A stretch of DNA of 64,000 nt from Octopus bimaculoides (GCF_001194135.2 NC_068989.1:52093357-52157356), one strand, 5' to 3'; numbered from the stretch's first letter, positions 14,170 to 26,865 are shown. A program made the numbers and translations. The notes: generated by a model from the sequence alone, not told the origin.

Positions 14170-14840
14170 TGCATCTATATATATTTATCTATATATATAT
14201 ATTTATATATATATATATTTATTTATTTATATATTTATATATTTATATATATATTTATTTATATATTTATATATATATATATATATTTATTTATATATTT
14301 ATTTATATGTTTATATATATATTTATTTATATATTTATATATATTTATTTATATATATATTTATTTATTTATATATATATATAGATATATTAATTTATAT
14401 ATATATATATATTTATTTATATATATATATATATAGATATATTTATTTANNNNNNNNNNNNNNNNNNNNNNNNNNNNNNNNNNNNNNNNNNNNNNNNNNN
14501 NNNNNNNNNNNNNNNNNNNNNNNNNNNNNNNNNNNNNNNNNNNNNNNNNNNNNNNNNNNNNNNNNNNNNNNNNNNNNNNNNNNNNNNNNNNNNNNNNNNN
14601 NNNNNNNNNNNNNNNNNNNNNNNNNNNNNNNNNNNNNNNNNNNNNNNNNNNNNNNNNNNNNNNNNNNNNNNNNNNNNNNNNNNNNNNNNNNNNNNNNNNN
14701 NNNNNNNNNNNNNNNNNNNNNNNNNNNNNNNCTATATATATATATTTATATATATATATATTTATTTATTTATATATTTATATATTTATATATATATTTA
14801 TTTATATATTTATATTTATTTATTTATATATATATATATT
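14170..14840. repeat. A/T-only low-complexity tract (ATATATTT/TTTA mosaic) spanning an N-gap
   Basis: Direct inspection; gap at 14450-14731. Confidence 0.95.
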
Positions 14841-15880
14841 TATTTATTTATATATATATCAGGTTTGCGAATTTTTTACTGTGATGTTCCTAACGCTGAG
14901 TGTAAAATGTATGTAGTTAAACAATACAGAATATACTAAAGTTATTAATTTTCTTTTGCATAATCATTGATAACCTATTGCTAACTCTCTGAATTGCAGT
15001 GGACCACAGGGTATCTAGCAGGTAAAATAATATTAGTAAACTCAACGGCCATGAGCATTTTCCGGCGCTCAGTGTATGGCGGAAGCAAGACAGGAATAAA
15101 CCCTCATGCTGGTCACCTTTGCAAGTCCTTGCAACATAGTTGGCTCCGTTCCATGTAATCCCATGAAGCAAATGTAGCCAATTGTCCCATGTGATGGGAC
15201 TCTATCTTAATCTTACCTCTGAACCCAACTTCAATAAAATTGGTTAACACATACTACTCTAGAGGATTAGCAATGGATATGCACTCGTAATAATAGAATT
15301 CCGAATTAAAATTCTCAGCAACACAGAAAAGCATGAATTGTGTGCACGCGTGGATGTGTGCGTGGTTGTGTGTTCGAGGTGTGTATTTGTGTCTACACCT
15401 ACTGTTACACTAACACTGGCTTGAGTAAAGTCTAACTAACATGGGGTGCATGCCTAGTTGTGAAGTCCTTTATACTAGAGTCTACCTGAACGTATCGATG
15501 TCCTTGAATGTAAACTTATAGTCCCTGATTTATATACATTGGCAAAAAAGGTTGTCGATGTTTAACTGCAAGGGGCAGCGCAGCAATGTGGCAAGGATAT
15601 TTTGTAAAATTATTCAAAGAAGTTTTATATTTAACACACTATTCAAAGAAGTTTCTTAAAATTGCTTCGATCTATTATAGATGAAATAGGCACTTGGCAG
15701 AATGAAGAAAAAAGGTTTCTATTTCTTTTCTATAAGAAACAAAAACATTATTCTCAAGCATTTTGGTGACAACTTTCACTTTATATGTGTCATATTTTAT
15801 CATATACAGAAGGATATAGAAGCATACGAAAATTTATGCCATATTTGTGTTGGATCCAAACTAGCAAATATCTTTACAAC

Positions 15881-16860
15881 CAGGGTTGCCAATCATCAAA
15901 TAATAAAACATCCAGATTATTTGCTTCAAAAGACCAGCGTCCTATCTTATAAACCCAGATGTTAGAAAATGGTTATATAATTGGTAATTTAATGATAAAA
16001 TATATTATATGACAAAATGAATCCGGAATTTAATACCTACTTTATATAACATGGCAGCTAATTGTCAATTTCGTACATATCCACATCATCTTCATTCACT
16101 CCTTCAATGGTGATACTCATTTTCTTCCTTTTTGAACTTCAAACTATTCGTATATCCACGATGACAAGACCTATCCATTACATCTTTAATAAGTTTAGCG
16201 TTCGGCTCCCAAGAAATACATGACGTTCCCTTTCTTGTAATTGCTTGTTTAGCGAGTAAACGATCGGCAAACGTTTCGGCCTTCAGCCTATTAGTGAATT
16301 TTGTCTTTGTGCAACTTACTTGGGAAAATATGCGCTCCACGTACGCTGATGAATGATGTAACACCATTAAATTAGTCATGAATTGTGATAACCTCTCAAA
16401 TTTAGAGTGGTCAAGCCCATATTTAATATTGCGTATAGAATTCCATAATTCAGGGATGCTTTTTGAGGAAATGAGAATTTCTTTATATTGCCGAAAGAAT
16501 CTCCATTTATCGTCTTCTTCATCAAGTGTATTTTCTGGTGTAATTACTGGAACGTTTGATGCCAAGGAAATTATCGACTGTGGAAAGTTAGTGACATCGC
16601 GTGCTGCTTTTGGATCAAATATTTCTAAGAGAGCAAACACTCCAGCTTCATCGAGAGGAAATCCCATTTTTATTTGAGAGGATAATTCTATTAAAAAAAT
16701 GTTACAATCGGTTTTGAATCTAACTGAGTCACCAACGAAGGGGTTTTGTTTTCTAGATATTTCATCGAGCGTCCACCCAGGTAAATATCATTCCTATCGT
16801 TGTGATTTGTCGTGTTATTAAGACCAATATCTGATACATTCTCATTAGGGCACGGATTGA
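15881..16860 (-). mobile_element. hAT-superfamily DNA transposon, 3' part with one terminal inverted repeat
   Basis: Contains the transposase C-terminal ORF (next feature) with frameshifted upstream coding (DIYLGGRSMKYLENK). CAGGGTTGCCA at 15881-15891 is a plausible terminus; no partner TIR was found. Confidence 0.75.
16104..16787 (-). pseudogene. hAT transposase C-terminal fragment with dimerisation domain
   Basis: Frame open for ~228 codons (the supplied 187-aa ORF plus 40 upstream codons). FKTDCNIFLIELSSQIKMGFP and LMVLHHSSAYVERIFSQVSCTKTKFTNRL match the LP.SSA.VER.FS....KT..RNRL hAT dimerisation motif. Confidence 0.85.
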
Positions 16861-18332
16861 AATGGCAGTTGCGTATAAATATAGTTGGAAATGGAGATGC
16901 AACACTTCGATTTTAAATATATGTATATAGACATAAAAAAACAGCAGATACCACTAGAAACACATCGTAATAATAGCTACAATATAGGCGCTATTATAAT
17001 GGATTGCATGAAAAAAAGACATCCCTAACTACCATCACATTATCATAGAATCTAATGAAGTAAAAGGTACAATCTCCGGCTAACAAAATCAACAGCTCAA
17101 TTCATTGCATCAAACTGAAAGAAGGAAAAGCTTCAACATATGTTCCACAGTAAAAATAGACATTAATACACTAATTTATGAAGTTGATTGCATCAAGGCT
17201 GGAGTATAATCTGTGCACTGGCATAGAGATCGGTTCGAGTAGAAATATCGATGCCTACTGTCTATTAGTTATACCGATACACACAAACTCTTCCTCTCTC
17301 TCTCTTTTCGTTTCTCTCTTCCCTCCTCTCTATCACTCTCCTCATTTCCTTTTGTTTTGTTGTTGCCTTTCGTTTTTCTATGCTCTGCGAAGCTGGAAGT
17401 AGTTTTTCCGTAATTTTAAGCTCAGCTGGTTTAAAGTGGCTTTTACTTCATTTGCGTCTTTCCGGCGTTCTTTTCACTTATTGGATATCATAAAGATATT
17501 GGAAAGCTGAAGATAGATAACTACAGGTTAGCTCTCTGTCTTCATCCTTCTTCCATTTCTTTCCTCTCTCACTCTCTCTCTCTCTCCCATCCATTCTCTC
17601 TCACTTTCTCTCAGAACTTCTCTTATGCAAATACACACGCACAAACACATGCACACTCAGGCACATATGTGTATAGATTTCTCATTCGCCATCTCACTCA
17701 TACATATATATGTATGTATTTAGGTACATATGTATGTATTTGTATACATACACGCATATATAAATTAACACACATATATTTTCATATACATACATAAACA
17801 CATACCCACATATGTGTATGCACAGGGAGAGAGAGAGAGGGAGAGAGAGAGAGGGGGGAGAGAGAGAAAGAGAAAGAGAGAGAGAAAGAGAAAGAGAGAG
17901 AGAGTGAGAGAGAGAGTTTTACGGAGTAGGAGGCAAAGAAACAAAATCAAACGAACCGGTGAAATGACGTCAATAATTTAGATAACGTTTGTTTACTTTA
18001 ATTTTACAGATCAACGGAATCTAATGGCGTTTAAAATGATAGGTTTGCTTCGTGTATCCAGTAGCTCATGATCGAACTGAATATTAATCATATGTAAAGT
18101 AAACAAATCTGAACAGATAACAACTATAACAGTTACAAATATATAATACTACATAGCATTTTAGAAAATTGAATAGAATAATATATAATATACATCTAAT
18201 GAGATTCTTTCCTTAATTATTTCACTGTATATTTTCATAAATATGTAAGTAGAAGTTTATCAAAATTTATTAAATCAAAAGAAACGTTTGTTCAATAAGA
18301 GAAATTATGTGTGAATTAAAGAGAAATGTATG

Positions 18333-18375
<43 letters not shown>

Positions 18376-18416
18376 NNNNNNNNNNNNNNNNNNNNNNNNN
18401 NNNNNNNNNNNNNNNN

Positions 18417-18473
<57 letters not shown>

Positions 18474-18499
18474 CATATATATATATATATATATATTCA

Positions 18500-18630
18500 T
18501 ACACGTGGGGTGCTGACAAGTTCTTGGTTGGGGTAAAAGTAAAAGAAACGGAGTGTCAGTTAATTATAATTGTATTCAATATATTCCCCTCTCAGATTCA
18601 CACACTTATTGCAGCGGCCCTTCAGTTTTT
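18500..18630 (-). mobile_element. Mariner (DD34D-type) 3' terminal fragment with TIR
   Basis: Minus translation KLKGRCNKCVNLRGEYIE matches the mariner C-terminus (KL..RW.KC..L.G.YVE). TIR-like tacacgtggggtgctgacaagttcttgg starts at a TA within (TA)n. Confidence 0.8.
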
Positions 18631-18639
18631 CTCATGATT

Positions 18640-21600
18640 GAGAATGTTTTGTCTTTGTATGTTCGTTGGTATGTGAGTCTAGATGGAAGATGGTATGCTC
18701 ATTATTAGTTCATGATCTAAGAAATAACAAAATTAATTTTTAGACCATCTCGTGATCTGCATATTGTACCACAGCTATGGTTGTCTTTTTTCAGTTAAAT
18801 GCAATAACATTTGATATTGTGTTAAATGTAAAATACAGTATGTGAATTTTTTCAGATCACCAGTAAATTATTTTGCTTCTACATGTAAGCAATCTCAAAG
18901 TACTGCTTAAAGATTTTCTTTCAGCACTGATTCTTTTTGTGTTTCTAGCATTCGTTGGCGCATTTTATTTCGTAGTGGCAGCATCTTATTTCATTTAACT
19001 ATTAGCATGGTCTATCATGGTGATTCTACACATTTTGTTTCACCTCCAGTTAACCTGAAAAGGGGTGTTTTTTTTCCTACATTATATTGGTCACAGAAGC
19101 TGTATCGTTAGTATGCCTTTTATTAATATATAAGCTTTTGTTTCTTGGCAAACAAATCTTAGTATTGTGTTACCATTATCTAAAGTCGTGCCTTCTCTTT
19201 CTATTACGAACACCTCATACTGCGTAAGTGGTTTTCTGAAACACGCTTGTAACTTTTCTTTTTAATACATATTGACATTTGTATTTCATTTTCCTTATTC
19301 AACTTGTAACTGTCTTTGGCCTCGTATTTATTTTGGTTGCTAATTGATGTTTTATCTAGCTTAGATAAAGTTTTTTCTGGAACATATCTATACGAAATTT
19401 ACTGAGTTCTTTTTTCAGATTCTACATTACTTAAAACTATATGAAGACATTGCCGTAGCTTTGTAGTCTAGAGCCTTCTGAAGTAACCGATTGCCTGTGG
19501 TTTATTGATGTGTAAATATTCTTGTACTTGTAGCTTTTTTTTTTTTTTGTGGCTGTTTAAGTCGTATCGTTGTCCCTTGCCAATGATTTTTCTTCGTGTT
19601 TCGTTAGCATTTACCATTGTGTGAAGTATATTAGTACAACCATTTTTTCTAATAATTGTAACTGCTCACATGACTTCATTTTTGCCGATTGATGATTTAG
19701 AAACTCCAAGTTATAATTGTGATTGCTGCAGTGGTTATTGTTATTATATTCTGTTAGGATTTAACTAGGGTTTTAGTATGGCGCATACCTTCAGATTTAT
19801 TTGTTATGCGTTTCATTGTACCATTTGCTACTCATAAGGTAACTTTTTTCGTTCATACTTGGTCTAAATCTTTAATCAGTGTATCTGTGTCAAACGCAAT
19901 TAATTCATCTCTCGAATTGTCTGTTTAGATATAGGTTCTTTCCAGTCACACCCATATTTATGCCATTTATGTAAAACCTTTTGGTTGTTTTTAAAAACAT
20001 GCATGTTCTGACTAAAGACTTTCAAATAGATAATACCGAGTAAATGGGTGTTGTTCAAGCGTTGGTCTGAAAGCCATAACCAGTTTTTCTCAATTCTGAC
20101 GAAGCAAAATTCAGACAGAACCAGAAATGTAGGATATAATGAGAATCGCCGTCAAAAGGCCATCGGTTATATTTATAGTATCATAGGTCAATATACTTTT
20201 TGAATAAAATTGGGATGAATGTTCCTGAAGGTTTGCTCTGAATAAAGACTTTTTTTAGCATAGACGACACTTTGTATAGTTCTAGAGATTTTAATATAAA
20301 GTTTTTGAAACATTCTCTAAAGCATATTTTAGTAAAAGCAATTTTTGCACAATTTTTTCTTTATCCTTTTTTTCCATTTTAGATCATTCTGTTTATTAAC
20401 TTTTGATCTTTTCATCTGTATGAGCCTTGGCAATAGATTTTTTCCTCAATTGGAATCTGAGCATGTATTCCATATGGGAATATGTTCATTTATCCAATAC
20501 GCGTATTCAAATTTTATGGGGTGTTCACAGAAACGAAATTTTAGCAATACATTATGGATGTTCAGTTTCGTATGATTTTTGCTCAAGAAAAGCTGTGCTT
20601 TCGCATAATAAATATGTTCTGTTAGCTTATTCTATCATGGTTTCGTTTAGAAAATATGTGGATATTCTGTGGGGAGATGTTTGTATGGATAAACAAGCAT
20701 TTGACACTTCCTCGGTGTCAAGGGATTTTCATTTACGGGACTTTATAAGTGATCAATAACCTCTTAAATCATATTTTATCAGTCTTGTTCTTTTATATTT
20801 GCATGGCATGCTGCTTTTCCATTCATTGTTTTCTTCTACTTTCTTTCTATTTGTAAATGCTATATCATAATATATCATGCTTCTAAGTTGGTGCCTTATC
20901 TAAATATTATTGGCCCTTTTCCTTTCTCTTAGAAATATTTATTGGCACCCGTTTGAAGTGTTTTGCCTTGCTTAAAAATACTTACTTCATTAGTTGTACT
21001 TTCTTCGGTATTCGCTTTTAAGGTTCTCTGCGCTTTGTGCTGCTTACGGTATCATTTTAGCCCATACTCTACTTTTTTTAAAATTATCCATCTTTCTAGT
21101 TTTCACACAAGCGTTCTGTATACAGTACCTTCAAAATCAATATTTTTGCTCATTCGATCTATACTTCCTTTTTCCTTTCCATTTAGGCTTCCTTCTCTTT
21201 CGCCTTATATATAAACCTGATTCTCTCACTCTTTTCTCTCTCTCTATCTCTCTCTCTCTCTCTCTCTCTCGCTCTCTTTCTCTCTCTCTCTCCACTTCCA
21301 ATCGCTTGTTGAAACATCAATACAATTACTTTGGTTGACGCACAGATCAGTGCAATATTCTCAGACAAATTATGTTCATGTGGATGTGCTCTCTGATTAC
21401 CACGTTTTCAACTGTCATCATTTCCTTATATCTGTTTCACTTTATTATTTTTAATATCAGTTCTCCTCTTGCTATGATCACATTTCTTACTCTTAGCAAG
21501 TTTCGTTCGAATTTTAGTATATTTTCCTTATAATATTGATGTCTTCCACACTCTGATATGATAGAAATCATTTCTAATGCGTTGACACTCTTTTAGACAT

Positions 21601-21950
21601 TGCTTTAGTCTTTGTGAGGAAATCAGAAATCAATATGAATACTTATACCTTGTTCCATGTTTTCGATATTTCATTTTGCGAGAGCTTGTGTGATTATATT
21701 TTGCATGTACTCTTAATCATATGCTTATGCAGATACTCTGTTTATACCTGGGCTAACTTCAATAAACATTTAAATTTTTTTTACTTCACATTATATAAAA
21801 GCTCTTGTTAATTACATTCCTTCTAGTATTTGCGACCTCTTTCATGTCTAGATATTCACAAATTACCAGATTTCTATTTTCCCCATATAAAAGGAGTATT
21901 CATTGTACTGAGTTTCTTTTAAATATTATTATTCACGATGGTAACATGTC
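18640..21950 (-). mobile_element. Heavily decayed, near full-length R4/Dong-type non-LTR retrotransposon
   Basis: Minus-strand motifs in the expected order: N-terminal ENRNLVICEYL (~21880); ETEHP...TPHKI and CQGSYR*KDQKLINRMI (~20550-20390; cf. GSYGCKDQLLIN); FDGDSHYILHFWFCLNFASSELRKTGYGF (~20155-20070; cf. FQGDSLSPL.F.L.L.PLS..L...GYG); DHEMV*KLI (~18750; cf. RHD.V.K.I). Interrupted by (CT)n at ~21220-21290. Confidence 0.75.
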
Positions 21951-22611
21951 GTTTAAAGTAGTTGTTAGTTCAATGTACTCCTAAGGAGTATGTTTAATTC
22001 TCATCCGTTTAGCATTATTGACTTATCACACATACTCGTGTTAGGAATTCTCCTTTATTGATGATCATCATAGATATTATTCTTGAATGAGAAGGTGTCA
22101 GCAGTGTATCTGAGCTCTTTCTCTGGCTCATGGTTACAAAACTGGTCATTGAGATAGTGCAAGTATTGTCTTATAAGCAGTTTAATAAAAGGTTAAAATG
22201 CATTTTGTTTCTAAATTTTAGTATAAATGTGCTTTGTCTTTGATAAAAAAAGAACACATTTTCTTCAACATATTAAAAAAGAAAACCGAGTTACTATATG
22301 CAAATTTTCAAACATATGGCTATATATATCTATCCGCAGCTATGAAGAAATTGAGTTGGTGATTGCAGAAACAGTTCAATAGAGCTGATGCATATACACA
22401 GCAAATATATTCTCTCCAATATTTTCAGAAACATTTCGTAGTAGAAGAAATTAAAGCGTATTGGAAGATTTATCGAAAGTGTGGATAATGTAGCAGTTAG
22501 AGGAGGAAGACATGATTTCTGCAACTTGACACATACTTTAATATAATGCAAATTACTGTGCAGCTCTGTAGATGATGTCTACACATGTTTAAGTCTATAT
22601 ATGTATATATG

Positions 22612-22652
<41 letters not shown>

Positions 22653-23730
22653 NNNNNNNNNNNNNNNNNNNNNNNNNNNNNNNNNNNNNNNNNNNNNNNN
22701 NNNNNNNNNNNNNNNNNNNNNNNNNNNNNNNNNNNNNNNNNNNNNNNNNNNNNNNNNNNNNNNNNNNNNNNNNNNNNNNNNNNNNNNNNNNNNNNNNNNN
22801 NNNNNNNNNNNNNNNNNNNNNNNNNNNNNNNNNNNNNNNNNNNNNNNNNNNNNNNNAAAAATTCTCAGTTCTTGTTATATTTCCTAAGATCGAAAATACA
22901 CGAAAGCTGCATGATCAAAAAGTTGTTTTGATATGCATATTATGTGCTCGGGCGGAGAACATAATTGTCGGAAGTGCTCTGGCGTCAGAGAACGTATTTA
23001 TTCGTTCTGTATCTTTAAAGGATAACTCTTACAAATCTATAATTGCATTGTAATGTTCAGAATGTTTCGACGGAATGAAAGTTCGAAGAATAAAGAAAGA
23101 TATCGGTTCTTAAAGTGATTTAGTAACACCTTCCATTGAGACTAAATTCTATAGGATAATTTTCAGGTTTTCCAGTTTCAGTAAATGTCGTTACGTGAAT
23201 TAAGTTAAAGTAACAAAGAACTACATGAGGAAAAGGTGAAGAATGGTAGACGTTATTTATCTGCCCATTGTTTCCTACGTATAATATTCTATTCACTACC
23301 TATCACGATATAGTTTCTGGCAATGCGTAATATATTTGGTGTGATCTAAGTCAATGCAATATAAGGAAGGATCTAGTTCCATAACAGTTTGCTACTTTAT
23401 TTATTATTTTTTTTTTTTTTTACTAAGAGTCGGAATTTTTGTTGTTATTTTAATTATTTGTGATTTTTATCATGAATTTATTGATACTTTGTTTTTTGTT
23501 ATGTTCACATTACAGAAATATGAAGATTAATGAAAACAAGTGTTCTTCCATCAATTTTTTTTTCTTTTTAGTACAGAAAAAAATTTTCCTGCAATATGGT
23601 TAGACATATTTCATTTATATTCGAAAACATATTAAAGTATTCTGAAGTTAAGCTGTTAAAAACATAATATATATATATATATATATATATATNNNNNNNN
23701 NNATATATATACCCTATGTCTCATTTTTGT

Positions 23731-23822
23731 AAGCTTAGTACTTATTCCATTGGTCTCTTTCGCCGAATCGGCAAGTTACGGGGACGTAAACATACCGACA
23801 TCGATTGTCAAGTGATTGGGAG
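23731..23822 (-). mobile_element. Central-domain fragment of the SINE seen at 4934
   Basis: The reverse complement reads cttgacaatcgatgtcggtatgtttacgtccccgtaacttgccgattcggcgaaagagaccaatggaataagtactaagctt, matching ~5165-5245. Confidence 0.9.
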
Positions 23823-24226
23823 GGGGGGATAAACACAGAAAAAGAAACACATATACATGATTTCTTCCGTCTTCCCTTTCTATTGCACTTTCTTCTGTCT
23901 CCTGTTTCTACATATGTCTCAACGGATGCACTCCAAAATGTCCAACATGATAAATTATGGTCACCAATGTATGAAGTGCATCCTTCGAAACGTGTAGAAG
24001 AATTCAAGATATAAATGGTTTAACAACTTCCCGAGAATTCGTCTCCTTATTCAATTTTCCTATTTTCTACTAAATACGTCTTATTATACCGGATTTACAT
24101 CTTGGGACACTTAAACAAAATCTGGCTAACTTGTAATTATTCCCCTGGATTTTTCCTCTAAATTGTAAACGCTACATTATACCAGGCTTTATTTGATTAA
24201 ACCTGCAACCGGAATAATTACTGCAA

Positions 24227-24640
24227 ATGGCGATCTTTAATATCAACGGCTTTCTCAAGGATATACCTATTCCTCTAAGAAAGGTATTCCTGAAACATAT
24301 CATCAATAAGACTAATTCTTTCATTAACCGCATTAGATGGCAAGCTTTCTTCTCCGATAATAAGGATATCGAAACATCATCCTGCAACCTTAATCCTGAA
24401 TTTAGGAAACTTTTCAAATCTAAAAATAACACTTTTCACAACCCAGCTTTGAAACAATTTGAAGAGGACCTCTGGACGATACTCAAGAATGTGAAGTTAC
24501 GTCGTTCTCCCTTAAGAAGTAAACATCAAAGATATATGCAAAATATAACCAAGCAAATTAACAGAATGGAAGGTCTACTTGTACAGTAAGATGAAACTGG
24601 CAACTTATATCACTTAAACAAGGATTTGTACCTAAATCTA
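24227..24640 (+). pseudogene. N-terminal region of a Penelope-like element ORF
   Basis: KDIPIPLRKVFLKHIINKTNSFINRIRWQAFF...FKSK...PALKQFEEDL...*DETGNLYHLNKDLY matches the K.IPIP...Y...LI.K..S.I.R.RWKAFF...L..FE.DL...ADKT.N.Y pre-RT region of PLEs. One stop at 24587-24589. Confidence 0.85.
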
Positions 24641-25181
24641 TATATTTCTGTTCCTTTTCTCCTTCGCTCACCAATTCTAGTTAATTTCCTTGAAACCATT
24701 TTAACTTACTAGAGTTGCCTTACTATTCAGCTTTCCATATATTTATATGCGTATACACCCGTTTTTGCTATCGTACGTATGTATATTTTCATTGTGCACA
24801 ATAATGTATATGTGCTTAATATGTGTGTATGGGTTTGTTATAGTGCGTTTGTGTATGTCGATCTTTTGGAATGTATGCCCTTCTGTATGTATGTGAACTC
24901 CAATAACCTAATAATAATTTCTACTAATCTTCTTATATCTTTTCCTTCATCTTCCCATAATTTCCACCTCTCCAATTCTTCCATTTCTTTCTTTGCATTT
25001 CTTATATTTACAATTTACCCGTTCCTCACCCCTCTCTCATTTTTTTCATTTTGTTTTATCCTTCCTTACTTATCCACCCTCAATCATCTTTCTATACATA
25101 TTCTCCTTGTTTCATAATATCTAGTTCGTTTCGATGTCATTTTAAATTTCTAGCGTCTCTTGTTCGTATGGTATATATACC

Positions 25182-25265
25182 CTTCCTGATGAGATTGACG
25201 TATTGCTGACCATAAATTATCATGTTGGACATTTTGGAGTGCATTCGGCGAAATATATGTAGAAG
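25182..25265 (+). ncRNA. Type I hammerhead ribozyme motif in the PLE terminal repeat (partly degenerate)
   Basis: Helix I CTTC (25182-25185) pairs with GAAG (25262-25265); core CTGATGA (25186-25192) and GAAA (25250-25253); minimal helix III TATATG followed by the GTA triplet (25259-25261). The other two copies give consensus GAAA-CATATG-TA, with a palindromic loop 3. Helix II is long and imperfect. Confidence 0.7.
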
Positions 25266-25325
25266 AATTCAAGATGTAAATAGTTTAACAACATCCCGAG
25301 AGTTCGTCTCGTTATTCAATTTTCC

Positions 25326-25357
<32 letters not shown>

Positions 25358-25434
25358 NNNNNNNNNNNNNNNNNNNNNNNNNNNNNNNNNNNNNNNNNNN
25401 NNNNNNNNNNNNNNNNNNNNNNNNNNNNNNNNNN

Positions 25435-25467
<33 letters not shown>

Positions 25468-25494
25468 CATACATACATATATATATACATATAC

Positions 25495-25527
<33 letters not shown>

Positions 25528-26547
25528 CATACATATCTATGTACATTTACATGTGGGTGTACGTTTGTACGCGTGAGCATGTATATGCTTATGCCTGTGT
25601 GTGTGTCTTCTTTAAAAGTTTGATGATAGACCATTTAACTGGTAAAGATATGAAATTTGACCTCTCTGCGAATACCAAATATATTATGTAGACTGAAATT
25701 CTGATAAATAGTTATGAACTTCCATCAGTAAATTGGTTTCCATTATCTCTTATAGCTACATTATTTTCAGGTAAAATGAGTTATAAACCCAGCGAGAGGA
25801 AGTAAAACATATACTTATATCGCTTGTCGCTGTATTTTCAATAAATGCCGAATATCCAAGGATGCTTGGTGTAAGCCATATAAGATTATGTCTGTAAGAT
25901 CGAACAATTAAATTTCATAACGAAACATATTAGGTTATCTACTTTCTGAACTAAAATGTCATTTCTCCTGTAATATAGTGATACGATTGAAAGTTGTGTT
26001 TAGAATTACAGATTAGAATCCAAAGCGTTTATTTGCGTAGCAAATTAGAGCATATAGCATATACTGGTATTTAATTCATATTGAACTGGTGCCAAATATA
26101 GGACTACTCTACAAAATTTAAAACAAACATTTATAAGATGGGAAACGAAAGATGAATGCGCATTCGATGAGTAAACATCTAGTTTATAGAAATATAACAA
26201 GTTGTACTAATTGAAATATATAAGATTAATGGTAAATGAAATTACTTAAACATAGAAATGCAGCATTTCCAGAACATATACTTATCACAAATAATTACAT
26301 ATAAACATTACTAATGGTATCTTTAATATTGTTTGCTGTTGAATGTCACAGAATAAAAAAATTGTAAGAGCGCCAAAACGGTAGATTTGTTTCGATGAAT
26401 ATCCATAAAATTTAAACTATACAACTTTTCTCGAATCATGACTTGGTTTTGCGTATGAATGAATTTCGGTGTATGAATATAACTTGTTTAAATATACCGT
26501 TTTGTATAGGCATTCACACACACACACACATGTATGTATGATGGATT

Positions 26548-26820
26548 TTCCCGTGGAGACGACGTTTGGGCATTCAGCTTCTGCTGAACCATCTTTTTAT
26601 GATGACACATACTCAGTGATCAAACATATTTAGCCCTCTCCCTCCGTCAACTGGACGTAGCCTTGACAGGCGCATTGTCTATCAGGCTTCAGGTGTAGAA
26701 GTGATCGCAGAGCACCGTCCGGTGAGGTGTTTTCCACAAGAACACAACGCCCCACCCGGTCTAGGAATTGAAACCATGAACGCTAGATTGTGAGTGGAAC
26801 ACCCTAAACATACAGCCATG
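26548..26820 (-). mobile_element. tRNA-derived SINE, second family
   Basis: The minus strand starts catggctgtatgtttagggtgttccactc with B-box-like gtttcaattcc, has a unique body, and ends in a (CATA)n tail. Confidence 0.65.
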
Positions 26821-26829
26821 CTCTCTCTA

Positions 26830-26865
<36 letters not shown>

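Larger units (their letters stand above)
23907..25326 (+). mobile_element. Internally deleted (non-autonomous) Penelope-like element with inverted and direct terminal repeats
   Basis: 23907-23968 is an inverted copy of ~25201-25263, and 23973-24062 is a direct copy of ~25236-25326. Between them lie a PLE N-terminal ORF and a long non-coding 3' part; RT and GIY-YIG are absent. Confidence 0.85.

Noticed and set aside
17965-17972. TGACGTCA (CRE); also a CCAAT plus CACGTG cluster near 61644-61660
   Set aside because: Short motifs expected by chance, with no identified transcription start.
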